This document shows positions 8,759 to 18,092 of a stretch of DNA of 64,000 nt, piece after piece. Made by a program: the position numbers and the translations under genes. The notes beneath the pieces were generated by a model. That model was not told the origin of the DNA. It saw nothing but the letters and a program-made list of their open reading frames with translations, and searched no databases. The stretch comes from Bacillota bacterium (lineage in GTDB: Bacteria > Bacillota > Clostridia > Lutisporales > Lutisporaceae): NCBI GenBank assembly GCA_022706825.1, contig JAKJBU010000002.1, positions 932 through 64,931 on the forward strand. Reading direction: 5' to 3'. The first letter of the stretch is position 1; each line of letters opens with the position of its first letter.

Positions 8759-9976
8759 ATGTCAAATATTAGTTCTCTTAAAGAAAAACCTATTGCCGTA
8801 TTGGGTGCCGGTGCGGTTGGGAAATCCATAGCCGCAGATTGTGCATTGGCAGGTGCCAGGGTCAGAATTTGCGACTTGCCACCTTATTCTGAAAAAACAT
8901 TGTTCGGAATAGAAAAAAGCGGTATCAAATTATATGGTGAACAGCTGAATCTATATGGTTTTGAAAGGTCCGGCGCAGCAAAAATGGAAATTGTAACCGA
9001 AAAAGTGGAAGAGGCGGTAAAAGGAGCGGGAATAATAATAGTAGCCTTGCCCTGCATAGGACACAGGGTATTTTTTGAAAGGCTGATTCCTGTGTTGGAA
9101 GACGGGATGGTGATACATATATTTCCCGACAACTATGGCAGCCTGGTTTTAAGAAAAATGATGCGGGAAGCAAATTGTACAAAAAAAGTTATTATAGGCG
9201 GATGGTCCAGTTCACCCTTCGGAACACGAGTAGATATTAAGGGCGGAGTTATAATGCCAGCCGTAAAAGTGGACTACAGGGCAATAACATTGAGAGGTGC
9301 TTCACTGCCGTCAATTGATCAGGAAGAATTTTTTGAAAGTGCAAAATATATCGGAGCTTTGGATTCGGTCACTAAAGGAGACGGCATTGAAAGCGGAGAT
9401 ACAGTAATAGACATAGGCTTCAGCAATATAAATTCCATATTGCACGCTCCCGGGACCATTCTTGGTGTTGGCGTTATGGAGAATATGGGTGTTATATTCG
9501 GTGTCAAAGAAGATTTCTCCATATACTCCCATGCATATTGCCCCTCCATATCAAGGGTCCAGTATGCATTTTATCTTGAAGAGGTAGAACTGGCAAAGGC
9601 ATTGGGCGTAGGAATACAGCATTATGAGAAAAAGCAGTTTTTCTCAAGAGAAAGCATTCTTGGCTGCGAATATATGGGAATGGATTTTGAGATTCCGTTT
9701 GAGGATATCAATCATGTTGCGTGGGGAACGGGGCCCTTTTCAATAGATACGAGATACCTTACCGAGGATATTCCGGTAGGCTGCCATATTTATCATTTGC
9801 TCGGGAAAAAGTGCGGCATAAAAACCCCTGTTATTGATTCAATGATTAATATTGCATCCGTTATGCTTGAAAGGGATTTGTATGCTGAAGGGTATACCCT
9901 TGATGATATTGGGATTGGACATATGTCATTGGAAGAATTACATGAATATCTGGACAAGGGCATATGTAAGGAATAA
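8759..9976 (+). CDS. NAD(P)-dependent opine (octopine/nopaline) dehydrogenase-family oxidoreductase
   Basis: N-terminal Rossmann fold IAVLGAGAVGKSIAADCALAGARVRICDL. Size and layout resemble the opine dehydrogenase / ketopantoate-reductase-like family. ATG 8759 follows RBS AGGAGG. Confidence 0.55.
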   Translation: MSNISSLKEKPIAVLGAGAVGKSIAADCALAGARVRICDLPPYSEKTLFGIEKSGIKLYGEQLNLYGFERSGAAKMEIVTEKVEEAVKGAGIIIVALPCIGHRVFFERLIPVLEDGMVIHIFPDNYGSLVLRKMMREANCTKKVIIGGWSSSPFGTRVDIKGGVIMPAVKVDYRAITLRGASLPSIDQEEFFESAKYIGALDSVTKGDGIESGDTVIDIGFSNINSILHAPGTILGVGVMENMGVIFGVKEDFSIYSHAYCPSISRVQYAFYLEEVELAKALGVGIQHYEKKQFFSRESILGCEYMGMDFEIPFEDINHVAWGTGPFSIDTRYLTEDIPVGCHIYHLLGKKCGIKTPVIDSMINIASVMLERDLYAEGYTLDDIGIGHMSLEELHEYLDKGICKE

Positions 9977-10080
9977 TACTGCGGAAGACATCTGCATCAG
10001 ATTATGCGGATATTGGTGATTTGGCCGGGGATTTGCCAATAGAGTTATTAAAATGTAAAAACAGTAAAAGGAGGAGCATT

Positions 10081-11493
10081 ATGAGTAATGTGCAGTTAAA
10101 AGCCGGACTGGATGAGAAGAATGACCAGAATCCATATACAGAATATAGCCTGAAGCGGATATTAAGGTTTGTTATCCCGTCCTTAATTGGAATATTGTTT
10201 TTTCTTACGCCTATAAAGGATGGTGACAAGTACAGTATCCTGGTTGCGATATTGTCAGGCAGGTTTTCCGATACTTTCATATCAGTAATGCCATATGTCG
10301 TTTACGCAATAATCCTGACCTCCGCAGCAGGGGTTATACTTGCTAAAGCAATAAAGCCGAAATTCATACTGGAAAACGAGTCACTGAATAATTTGTTTAA
10401 TGTGAGCCCTACATGGAGTGTTATAAGGATTGCCGGAGCTGTCATTACAGTAATGTGTATGCATAAGCTAGGCCCTGAAATGATTATTTCAGCCGATACA
10501 GGCATGTTTCTGATAGACGGTCTGCTTGTATACTGGATGGGTACAATTCTTTTCGCAGGTTTTTTCATGACATTCCTCATGGACTACGGATTGCTTGAGT
10601 TCACCGGAGTATTTGCTTCAAAAGTATTTCGCCCGCTGTTTACATTACCGGGGCGTTCAGCAGTGGACTGTATGGCATCATGGGTAGGAGACGCTATCGT
10701 TGGTGTTCTTCTGACAACCAACCAATTTGAACAAGGGTATTATTCCAGGAGAGAAGCTGCGACTATTGCAACTACATTTTCAGCCGTGAGTATAGCTTTT
10801 GCGGTTATTGTAATAACACAAGTAGGTCTGGAGCACATGTTTTTTCAGTTTTTACTTACGACCGCGGCAATTGGAGTAATCTGCGGTATTATCATGCCTA
10901 GGATACCGCCCTTGTCTTTAGTAAAGGATGATTACTATAAAACAAACAAACCGGGTTTATTTGATCAGCTTGAAAACCTACCCCTGTTCAAACGGGCGCT
11001 TTATACGGCAGTTGAAAAGGCCGGCAGGACAGAAATATCTGCTGTAAAATGGATTAAAAACAGCCTTAGAACAGCTTTTGAAAATGCAATTGCCTGCATG
11101 CCGGCAGTAATGTTTATAGGAACCGTATCATTAGTATTATCGACATATACGCCTGTCTTTACATGGCTGGGTTACCCGTTCCTGCCTTTGCTTAAGCTTT
11201 TGCAGATACCTGAAGCTGCTGCGGCTTCTCCATGTGTTGTCGTAGGCTTTGGAGATATGTTTATACCGTCAATTTTGGCATCGGCTACGATTGAAAGTGA
11301 ATTTACCAGATTTGTAATAGCTGTAGTTTCAATCACCCAGCTGATATATATGTCTGAAGTCGGCCCGCTGCTGTTAAGCTCAAAGCTGTCCATCAAATTC
11401 AAGGACTTGGTTTTCATTTTCCTTGAGAGGACTGTAATCAGCCTTGTTTTTGCAACTTTGATTACCAGATTTATTATACAATTGATGCCTTAA
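10081..11493 (+). CDS. YjiH-like polytopic membrane transporter (nucleoside-recognition/Gate domain family)
   Basis: About 12 hydrophobic segments. ATG 10081 follows AAAGGAGGAG. Overall resemblance to YjiH-type proteins that accompany amino-acid fermentation operons. Confidence 0.55.
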   Translation: MSNVQLKAGLDEKNDQNPYTEYSLKRILRFVIPSLIGILFFLTPIKDGDKYSILVAILSGRFSDTFISVMPYVVYAIILTSAAGVILAKAIKPKFILENESLNNLFNVSPTWSVIRIAGAVITVMCMHKLGPEMIISADTGMFLIDGLLVYWMGTILFAGFFMTFLMDYGLLEFTGVFASKVFRPLFTLPGRSAVDCMASWVGDAIVGVLLTTNQFEQGYYSRREAATIATTFSAVSIAFAVIVITQVGLEHMFFQFLLTTAAIGVICGIIMPRIPPLSLVKDDYYKTNKPGLFDQLENLPLFKRALYTAVEKAGRTEISAVKWIKNSLRTAFENAIACMPAVMFIGTVSLVLSTYTPVFTWLGYPFLPLLKLLQIPEAAAASPCVVVGFGDMFIPSILASATIESEFTRFVIAVVSITQLIYMSEVGPLLLSSKLSIKFKDLVFIFLERTVISLVFATLITRFIIQLMP

Positions 11494-11498
11494 AGGGG

Positions 11499-12662
11499 AT
11501 GGTGCTATTGAAACATAAATATATTGCAAAGAGATACTGGAAGGATATTACAACGCCGATGGGGCAGGTTGATGAGCTTTCCAAACAATATGATGATGTT
11601 ATAAATTTGAGTTTGGGGGATCCTGACCTGGTAACACACGAAATAATCATTGATAATGCTATGAAGGATGCCAGGGCAGGACATACCAAATATACTGATT
11701 TCAGGGGAGATCCCGATCTCAGGGCGGAGATAATAAAATACTATCGGGATGAGTACAGTATAGACATTAAGGATGAAAGCATAATGGTGACGGCAAGCGG
11801 CTGCCTGGCTATGTATCTGGCGCTTGAAGCGATACTGGATGACGGGGATGAAGTAATAATACATGCGCCTTATTTTACCCCGTATTCCCAGCAGATAAAG
11901 CTTGCGAGAGGAATACCAATAATACTGGATACTTATGAAGAAGAATACTTTCAGGTGAATGTCGGCAGATTGGAAACGCTTATTACCGAAAGAACGAAGG
12001 CTATAGTAATAAATACGCCAAATAATCCTTCGGGAAGCTGTTTTACAAGAGATACTATGGAAAACATAGCAAATGCTGCAAAAAAACATGACCTGATGAT
12101 TATTGCTGATGATATTTACGGCTCCTACAGCTTTGAACAACCTTTTATACCGATGGTAACTCTTAATGATATGCAAGACAGGACTATAACAATAAACAGC
12201 TTCTCGAAGGACTTTACCATGACCGGTTGGAGAATAGGTCATATTATTGCTCCTGATTATATTGTCAGGACTATACGGCAAATAAATGAAAATGTTGTAT
12301 TTACCGCACCTTCCATATCCCAAAGAGCAGCAATACATGCTTTGAGAAACAGGAAAGAGATACAGCCTCCTATGGTGGAAGAGTATAGAAAAAGAGTCGA
12401 ATATGCAGTAAGCAGAATTAACAATATCCCTAAAATATCAGTGCTTCCCTCAAGAGGGACATTCTATCTGTTTATTAATATTAAAGAGACAGGGCTGACT
12501 TCTGTTGAAGCAAGCGATTTAATACTAAGGGAAGCTCATGTTCTTACCATACCCGGAATATCCTTCGGTGACTGCGGCGAAGGCTATATAAGGATTGCCT
12601 GCACCGTAGGAATAGAAAAGCTGAAGGAAGCATTTGACAGAATATCAATGTGCTGGGTATAG
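11499..12662 (+). CDS. Class I/II PLP-dependent aminotransferase
   Basis: Motifs INTPNNPSG and NSFSKDFTMTGWRIG (PLP lysine), plus C-terminal YIRIACT. The start is ATG 11499 or TTG 11508. Confidence 0.85.
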   Translation: MVLLKHKYIAKRYWKDITTPMGQVDELSKQYDDVINLSLGDPDLVTHEIIIDNAMKDARAGHTKYTDFRGDPDLRAEIIKYYRDEYSIDIKDESIMVTASGCLAMYLALEAILDDGDEVIIHAPYFTPYSQQIKLARGIPIILDTYEEEYFQVNVGRLETLITERTKAIVINTPNNPSGSCFTRDTMENIANAAKKHDLMIIADDIYGSYSFEQPFIPMVTLNDMQDRTITINSFSKDFTMTGWRIGHIIAPDYIVRTIRQINENVVFTAPSISQRAAIHALRNRKEIQPPMVEEYRKRVEYAVSRINNIPKISVLPSRGTFYLFINIKETGLTSVEASDLILREAHVLTIPGISFGDCGEGYIRIACTVGIEKLKEAFDRISMCWV

Positions 12663-12700
12663 AACATAAGAACTCGCTAAGGGAAATATATACATTTAAT

Positions 12701-12740
12701 AAACCTTCTGATAATATTAAATCAGAAGGTTTATTATTTC
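12701..12740 (+). terminator. Rho-independent terminator of the sigma-54 operon
   Basis: Stem AAACCTTCTGAT / ATCAGAAGGTTT with an 8-nt loop, followed by ATTATTTCC. Confidence 0.65.
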
Positions 12741-12755
12741 CAAGGAGGGATACAT

Positions 12756-14339
12756 ATGGCTCGTTTTATCGCAGCTATGCTTGTATTTGCAATGATATCA
12801 GCGGGCGCGACAGGCACTGCCGTTTATGGAGAGGAATACCCTACGGTTGTTTTGCCTGAAGTACCTATAAGGATTGAAGGAGTGGAAGCCTCAGTTTCGG
12901 GGTTCCTGGGAGAAACGGAAAGAGGCCCTGCAGAACCCCGGCTGGTGACAAGCTGGGATGAGTACAGTATGTTGTACGGAGGGAATAAAAATACCTCATC
13001 TTATTTACCTCATTCTGTCAGGGGATTTTTCGAAAACGGAGGAAAGAAGCTTTATGTGGCCAGAGTAATTGATAGCGAAGCCGCTTCAGCCGCAGTTAAG
13101 CTTCTTGCAGGAAAAGCTCCGGCACTAACCTTGAGGGCTATAGGAGAGGGCAGTTGGGGGAACCGGATTCAAATTAGGGTTTCTGAAGCATCGGGGAGCA
13201 GTGAGTACAATCCCATGTTCAGGCTGGAAATCAGTTATTGGGATGCCAAACCTTTTGATATAATGAGGAATCCAAAGCTGAGTAAGCTCAAGACATATCC
13301 TTACGTGACGGAAGTATTTGACAACCTGTCTATGAATCATGAAGACAAAAATTTCTATAAAGACAAAATTAACCGGAATTCCAGGCTCATAACTGCCGAT
13401 AAGGAGGCAGGGGACTTAGGATTAATACCGGACTCTTTTAAGGAACCTGTATTTTTAAATGGGGGCAATGACGGCGGAAATATTGATTTGGAAGATTACC
13501 TGGGATATAACAAGAGCCCTGCTGCAGTCAGAGGGCTGGCTGCCTTGGATGCTATTGATGAGATTTCCCTGCTGTACTGTCCCGATGCCCTAAGTGTTGC
13601 AGGTTTGGCCCAGGAGCTTATACATAGTTGTGAGAAGCTTGAGGATCGTATTGTAATCCTGGATTCAAAAAACGGTGATACAGGCCCAATGGGGGATGAG
13701 GATTTTAACAGTTCCTATGCTGCATTATATTATCCATGGATTATGATTGACGAGGGTTTGGAAACACAGCGTACCGTTCCTCCGGGGGGCCATATTGCAG
13801 GTATTTATGCATTGACGGAAGCTCAATACGGTATCAGCAAGGCTCCTGCAGGAATGGTGATAAAAGGCGCAAAGGGGCTTGAATTCAGTATTGATGAACA
13901 TGATACGGACATCTTGAATTCAAGAGGCGTTAACAGTATACGTGATTTCCCGGGAAGAGGGATAACTGTTTGGGGAGCAAGGACTTTAGCTTTGGAAGCT
14001 GACGAGGAATACAGATATGTTAATTTAAGGAGGATGAAAAATTATATAGAAGAATCCATACGGGAAGGACTTTCTTACACAAGTGATTGTTACAACAATC
14101 AGGAGCTTTGGGCGAGAGTCAAATCCGCCGTTACGGATTTTCTTACTCAGGAATGGAGGAAGGGTTGCTTTGCGGGCACCACTGCCAGGGATGCTTTCTA
14201 TGTAATGGTTGATCGCTCTACCATGAATCAGGCCGATATAGAAGAGGGGCGGCTCATAATAGATATTGGAGCAGCTTTTTTGAGACCTGCGGAATTCTAT
14301 ATTATTAGGATAATGCTGCCGGTCTGGGGGAGCAATTAG
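12756..14339 (+). CDS. Phage/contractile-injection-system tail sheath family protein with a signal-peptide-like N-terminus (orphan)
   Basis: The conserved sheath N-region is present: IEGVEASVSGFLGETERGPAEPRLVTSWDEYSMLYGG...VRGFFENGGKKLYVARV. So is the sheath C-domain: GVNSIRDFPGRGITVWGARTL...YRYVNLRRMKNYIEESI...LWARVKSAVTDFL...RPAEFYIIRI. It is preceded by MARFIAAMLVFAMISAGATGTAVYG. Strong RBS AAGGAGGG. Confidence 0.8.
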   Translation: MARFIAAMLVFAMISAGATGTAVYGEEYPTVVLPEVPIRIEGVEASVSGFLGETERGPAEPRLVTSWDEYSMLYGGNKNTSSYLPHSVRGFFENGGKKLYVARVIDSEAASAAVKLLAGKAPALTLRAIGEGSWGNRIQIRVSEASGSSEYNPMFRLEISYWDAKPFDIMRNPKLSKLKTYPYVTEVFDNLSMNHEDKNFYKDKINRNSRLITADKEAGDLGLIPDSFKEPVFLNGGNDGGNIDLEDYLGYNKSPAAVRGLAALDAIDEISLLYCPDALSVAGLAQELIHSCEKLEDRIVILDSKNGDTGPMGDEDFNSSYAALYYPWIMIDEGLETQRTVPPGGHIAGIYALTEAQYGISKAPAGMVIKGAKGLEFSIDEHDTDILNSRGVNSIRDFPGRGITVWGARTLALEADEEYRYVNLRRMKNYIEESIREGLSYTSDCYNNQELWARVKSAVTDFLTQEWRKGCFAGTTARDAFYVMVDRSTMNQADIEEGRLIIDIGAAFLRPAEFYIIRIMLPVWGSN

Positions 14340-14377
14340 GTGCTCACATAAGTCAGAATGAGAGGGGAGATGCAGGA

Positions 14378-15334
14378 ATGTATCCGGGATATATAACGGA
14401 TGTAAAGGGCATAAAAGCAGGGCACAGTCAATCCGAGAAAGGCATGACCGGTTGTACGGCGGTTATCTGTGAGAAGGGTGCCGTAGGGGGAGTGGACGTG
14501 AGAGGCTCTGCTCCTGGAACCAGGGAAACGGACTTATTGAAGCCGGACAAGATGGTGGACAGGATTCATGCAGTAGTACTGTCCGGAGGCAGCGCTTTCG
14601 GACTTGAAGCGGCCTCCGGGGTGATGAGGTATTTGGAAGAACAGGGAATCGGATTTGATGTCGGGGTTGCTAAAGTGCCTATTGTGGCTTCTGCAGTTAT
14701 TTTTGACCTGAACATTGGTGACCCCAGAATCAGACCGGATTTGAATATGGGTTACGATGCCGCAAGGAGTGCATCTGCGGAAGAAAGCAGACAAGGAAAT
14801 ACCGGCTGCGGATTGGGTGCTACCGTAGGTAAGGCCTTTGGCCCCGAGCATGCCATGAAATCCGGGCTGGGAAGTGCCTCTGTCAAGTCAGGGGAACTGA
14901 TAGTGTCTGCAATAGTATCGGTAAACAGCTTTGGAGATATTTTTGACTATGAAACCGGCAGGCAGCTGGCAGGGGTATATGACTATGAAAAAAGGGAAAT
15001 GCTGAATACATATGAAATAATAAAAAGGGAAGGCAGGGCGTTGGGCTTTCCCATGAGGAATACAACCATAGGAGTGGTTGCCGCAAATGCCGTATTAACT
15101 AAAGCTGAAGCAAATAAAATTGCGGCCATGGCGCAGAACGGTTTTGCCAGATCAATCAATCCGGTGCATACCATGATGGATGGCGATACAATATTTACTA
15201 TGGCTACCAACGAGATAAAAGCGGATATCAACCTTGTGGGCACTATGGCCGCTGAGGCGGTTTCACGGGCAGTAACCAATGCAGTTGTATATGCAAAGTC
15301 ATGCCATGGGCTGATTGCCTGCTGTGATATATAG
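14378..15334 (+). CDS. P1/S58-family peptidase (DmpA-like L-aminopeptidase/D-esterase)
   Basis: ITDVKGIKAGH...GCTAVI...GGVDVRGSAPGTRETDLL...HAVVLSGGSAFGLEAASGV...VPIVASAVIFDL matches the DmpA/S58 pattern. Confidence 0.8.
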   Translation: MYPGYITDVKGIKAGHSQSEKGMTGCTAVICEKGAVGGVDVRGSAPGTRETDLLKPDKMVDRIHAVVLSGGSAFGLEAASGVMRYLEEQGIGFDVGVAKVPIVASAVIFDLNIGDPRIRPDLNMGYDAARSASAEESRQGNTGCGLGATVGKAFGPEHAMKSGLGSASVKSGELIVSAIVSVNSFGDIFDYETGRQLAGVYDYEKREMLNTYEIIKREGRALGFPMRNTTIGVVAANAVLTKAEANKIAAMAQNGFARSINPVHTMMDGDTIFTMATNEIKADINLVGTMAAEAVSRAVTNAVVYAKSCHGLIACCDI

Positions 15335-15508
15335 TATACCGTTTATACCCTCCAAATCGTTTTTAAAATTAACTTATTGTTTTTTTATATTATTTTTATT
15401 ATAATATTCTTGTTGCCAGCATCCGTAAGGAGTTGGACCGGATATAGTTATAAACATTATGTTTTACGACTGGTATCCAAAATATGGAACTAGAGCGGAG
15501 GTATTAAA

Positions 15509-16258
15509 ATGGAAGCAGTAAAGAGATTTGACGTAAGAAAATTAGTTATTGTCGGGGTATTGGGAGGTGTATCCGCAATTCTGGGCATGACGCCCCTGGG
15601 ATTCATACCCGTAGGACCGACAAGGGCAACTATAATGCACATTCCTGTAATAATAGGTGCTATTATGGAAGGCCCGGTAGTTGGCGCACTTGTAGGGCTT
15701 ATATTTGGACTCTTCAGTGTTTTCCAGGCATTAACCAATCCCACACCGGTATCCTTTGTTTTCCTTAATCCATTGGTTTCCATAGTGCCAAGGGTGCTTA
15801 TCGGTATTACATCCTATTATGTATATACTGCTTTGAGCAATCTCGGAAACAGAAAAACCTTAGGTATCCTTAATGTCATCTGGATAGCAATAATCGGCTA
15901 CCTAAGCTATGGTATTTACAAAAATATTGAAAATTCTCAAAGCCCCTGGTTAATAGCTGTGAATATTGCGCTGATAGCTTTTACAGCAGCGATAGCATTT
16001 TTGGCAAACAGGAAGTTTAGGGGCAAAGCACTGGATCTTGTAATATCGGCTATTGTAGGAACAATGACCAATACAGTGCTGGTTTTGAGCATGATTTATT
16101 TGATTTATGCGGAAAGCTTTGTAAAGAGTATAGGACAAGACCCTGCATTGGCAAGGAAAATAATTATGGGCATAGGCATTGCGAACGGAATACCGGAGAC
16201 AATTATTGCAATATTGATTGTAACCAGTGTGGTAGGCGCTTTAAAAAGAGCCGAATAG
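15509..16258 (+). CDS. ECF-transporter substrate-capture (S) component, PanT-like
   Basis: Six-TM small protein with LGFIPVGPTRATIMHIPVIIGAIMEGPVVGALVG. RBS GGAGG. The substrate assignment (pantothenate-like) is tentative. Confidence 0.6.
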   Translation: MEAVKRFDVRKLVIVGVLGGVSAILGMTPLGFIPVGPTRATIMHIPVIIGAIMEGPVVGALVGLIFGLFSVFQALTNPTPVSFVFLNPLVSIVPRVLIGITSYYVYTALSNLGNRKTLGILNVIWIAIIGYLSYGIYKNIENSQSPWLIAVNIALIAFTAAIAFLANRKFRGKALDLVISAIVGTMTNTVLVLSMIYLIYAESFVKSIGQDPALARKIIMGIGIANGIPETIIAILIVTSVVGALKRAE

Positions 16259-16294
16259 ATTAGCTGCCAAGAGCCTATATATTTACAACCGAGG

Positions 16295-16331
16295 CACCTT
16301 CTGTTAGTATATTGACAGAAGGTGTTTTTTT
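16295..16331 (+). terminator. Rho-independent terminator
   Basis: Stem CACCTTCTGT / ACAGAAGGTG followed by TTTTTTT. Confidence 0.8.
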
Positions 16332-16332
16332 A

Positions 16333-16362
16333 TTGTATAGGAAAGTATACTTTCCTATACAA
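16333..16362. promoter_or_regulatory. Perfect 30-bp palindrome TTGTATAGGAAAGTA|TACTTTCCTATACAA (candidate operator)
   Basis: Seen directly. It lies between the terminator and the GC-rich hairpin series that precedes the HerA-like gene. Confidence 0.35.
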
Positions 16363-16510
16363 TGGGGGATGCAAGGGGGTGAAGCCCCCTGCCGATAAAG
16401 GAGGGTGCTCAGGATGCTTGCATCCGTCGAAGGGAACCATAGGGTTCCCTAGCGAAAAAAAGCGTCGCGAGACGCATTTTTTTGAAAATACAGTGAAAGG
16501 AGCGGCATTT

Positions 16511-18046
16511 ATGTACTTTGATAATAAAGTATGGATAGCCAAAGGGGATAATCCCGTTTACCTCCTGCCCAATATGGCAAATCGACACGGCCTGATAGCG
16601 GGAGCAACCGGTACAGGAAAAACCATTACTCTCAAAGTAATGGCAGAGTCTTTCAGCGATATGGGAGTTCCTGTCTTTCTTACCGATATCAAGGGAGACC
16701 TGGCCGGACTGGCGGATCAGGGCAGCGATAATCCCAATATGGCAGAAAGAATAGCTAAGCTGGGGTTAGAGGGCTTCAGCTATAAATCGTTCCCCGTATG
16801 TTATTGGGATGTATTCGGCAAGGGCGGCCATCCTGTGCGTACTACCATTTCTGAGATGGGGGCTTTGCTGTTGTCCCGGCTGCTGGGTTTGAATGATACA
16901 CAAGCAGGGGTGCTGAACATAGTATTCCGCGTAGCGGATGATAACGGCATGCTTCTGTTGGATATGAAGGATCTTAGGGCTATGCTCAATTATGTGGGTG
17001 AAAACGCAAAGGAGTACACCTTGAAATATGGAACTGTCTCATCTCAAAGCATAGGGGCAATTCAGCGCAGCCTGCTTTTCCTGGAAGATCAGGGGGGAGC
17101 ACAGTTCTTTGGAGAGCCTGCGCTGGATATTTATGACTGGATGAGGACCGATTCCGAAGGACGAGGACATATAAATATATTGCATTGCGTGGAGCTTTTC
17201 CACAGCCCTGCATTATATTCCACATTTTTGCTGTGGATGCTGTCGGAGCTTTTTGAAACTTTACCTGAAACAGGAGATGTGAGTAAGCCCAAGCTGGTAT
17301 TTTTCTTTGATGAAGCCCATTTATTGTTTGATGATACACCAAAGGCACTGCTTCAAAAAATTGAGCAGGTGGTAAGGTTGATAAGATCCAAGGGGGTCGG
17401 AGTATATTTTATAACACAGAATCCGATGGATTTACCGCAGGAAGTGCTGGGACAGCTGGGAAATCGTGTGCAGCATGCGCTTCGTGCTTATACGCCGGCG
17501 GAGCAGAAGACGGTAAAAGCAGCGGCGGAGACCTTCAGGACGAATCCGGCCTTCGATACGGAAACTGCCATAACAGAGCTGGGCACTGGAGAAGCATTGG
17601 TGTCATGCCTGGATTCCAAAGGTATCCCGGGTATGGTGGAGCGTGCATTCATTCTTCCTCCCCAGAGTAAATTCGGAACGATTGATGATTTTACCCGCCT
17701 TCGGATAATTAATTCTTCATCCATGAGCGGCAAGTACGATACCGAAGTGGACAGGGAATCTGCCTACGAGATGTTGCAGGCAAAGGCAATGCGGGAGCAG
17801 ATGGCTGAAAAAGAGGAGAAGGAATATATAGAGCGGCAGAAACAGTTGGAAAAGGAAGAAAAAGAGAGGCAGAAGCAGCTGGAGGCAGAGCAAAAGGAGA
17901 GGGAAAGAATTAGAAGAAAAGAAGAAACCCGTAAATACAGCAGAAAGACTTTAGCTGAACGAGCCGCCGATAATATAGTCGGAACTGTTGGCAGAGAGGT
18001 TGGCAGATCACTTATACGCGGAATACTCGGTTCCTTAAAGAAATAA
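16511..18046 (+). CDS. HerA-like (DUF853/YjgR family) P-loop NTPase with a Lys/Glu-rich C-terminal tail
   Basis: [38 protein letters not shown] (Walker A), [11 protein letters not shown] (Walker B), and [15 protein letters not shown] 16511 follows GAAAGGAG. The track ORF start at 16322 is an in-frame read-through of the leader. Confidence 0.8.
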   Translation: MYFDNKVWIAKGDNPVYLLPNMANRHGLIAGATGTGKTITLKVMAESFSDMGVPVFLTDIKGDLAGLADQGSDNPNMAERIAKLGLEGFSYKSFPVCYWDVFGKGGHPVRTTISEMGALLLSRLLGLNDTQAGVLNIVFRVADDNGMLLLDMKDLRAMLNYVGENAKEYTLKYGTVSSQSIGAIQRSLLFLEDQGGAQFFGEPALDIYDWMRTDSEGRGHINILHCVELFHSPALYSTFLLWMLSELFETLPETGDVSKPKLVFFFDEAHLLFDDTPKALLQKIEQVVRLIRSKGVGVYFITQNPMDLPQEVLGQLGNRVQHALRAYTPAEQKTVKAAAETFRTNPAFDTETAITELGTGEALVSCLDSKGIPGMVERAFILPPQSKFGTIDDFTRLRIINSSSMSGKYDTEVDRESAYEMLQAKAMREQMAEKEEKEYIERQKQLEKEEKERQKQLEAEQKERERIRRKEETRKYSRKTLAERAADNIVGTVGREVGRSLIRGILGSLKK

Positions 18047-18049
18047 AAG

Positions 18050-18092
18050 GAGATGTCGCAAAACTACTTAAGTAGTTAGCGACATCTCTTTT
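18050..18092 (+). terminator. Rho-independent terminator
   Basis: Stem GAGATGTCGC / GCGACATCTC enclosing the inner palindrome AACTACTTAAGTAGTT, followed by TTTT. Confidence 0.7.

Noticed and set aside
11505-12338. Long antisense ORFs inside well-supported genes. Examples: 11505-12338(-), 28341-29141(-), 29504-30319(-), 35616-36215(+), 38248-38916(+), 41711-42418(-), 42694-43800(-), 45313-46083(-), 1062-1622(-), 23420-24007(-), 24247-24753(-).
   Set aside because: Each lies opposite a gene with clear family motifs. Their products are low-complexity or oddly composed (Cys/Tyr/His/Ile-rich), and they lack RBS support. They are shadow ORFs typical of biased codon usage.
15380-15508. Possible riboswitch in the leader of the ECF S-component gene
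   Set aside because: Only short local pairings are visible (ATCCG...CGGAT, CCAG...CTGG). There is no resemblance to THI, FMN, preQ1 or cobalamin elements and no terminator or sequestrator that I can define.
16322-16510. 5' extension of the HerA-like ORF (track start 16322)
   Set aside because: The extension translates a hairpin-rich GC leader (…[18 protein letters not shown]…) that begins inside the upstream terminator. The conserved protein N-terminus ([12 protein letters not shown]) starts at ATG 16511 with a good RBS.
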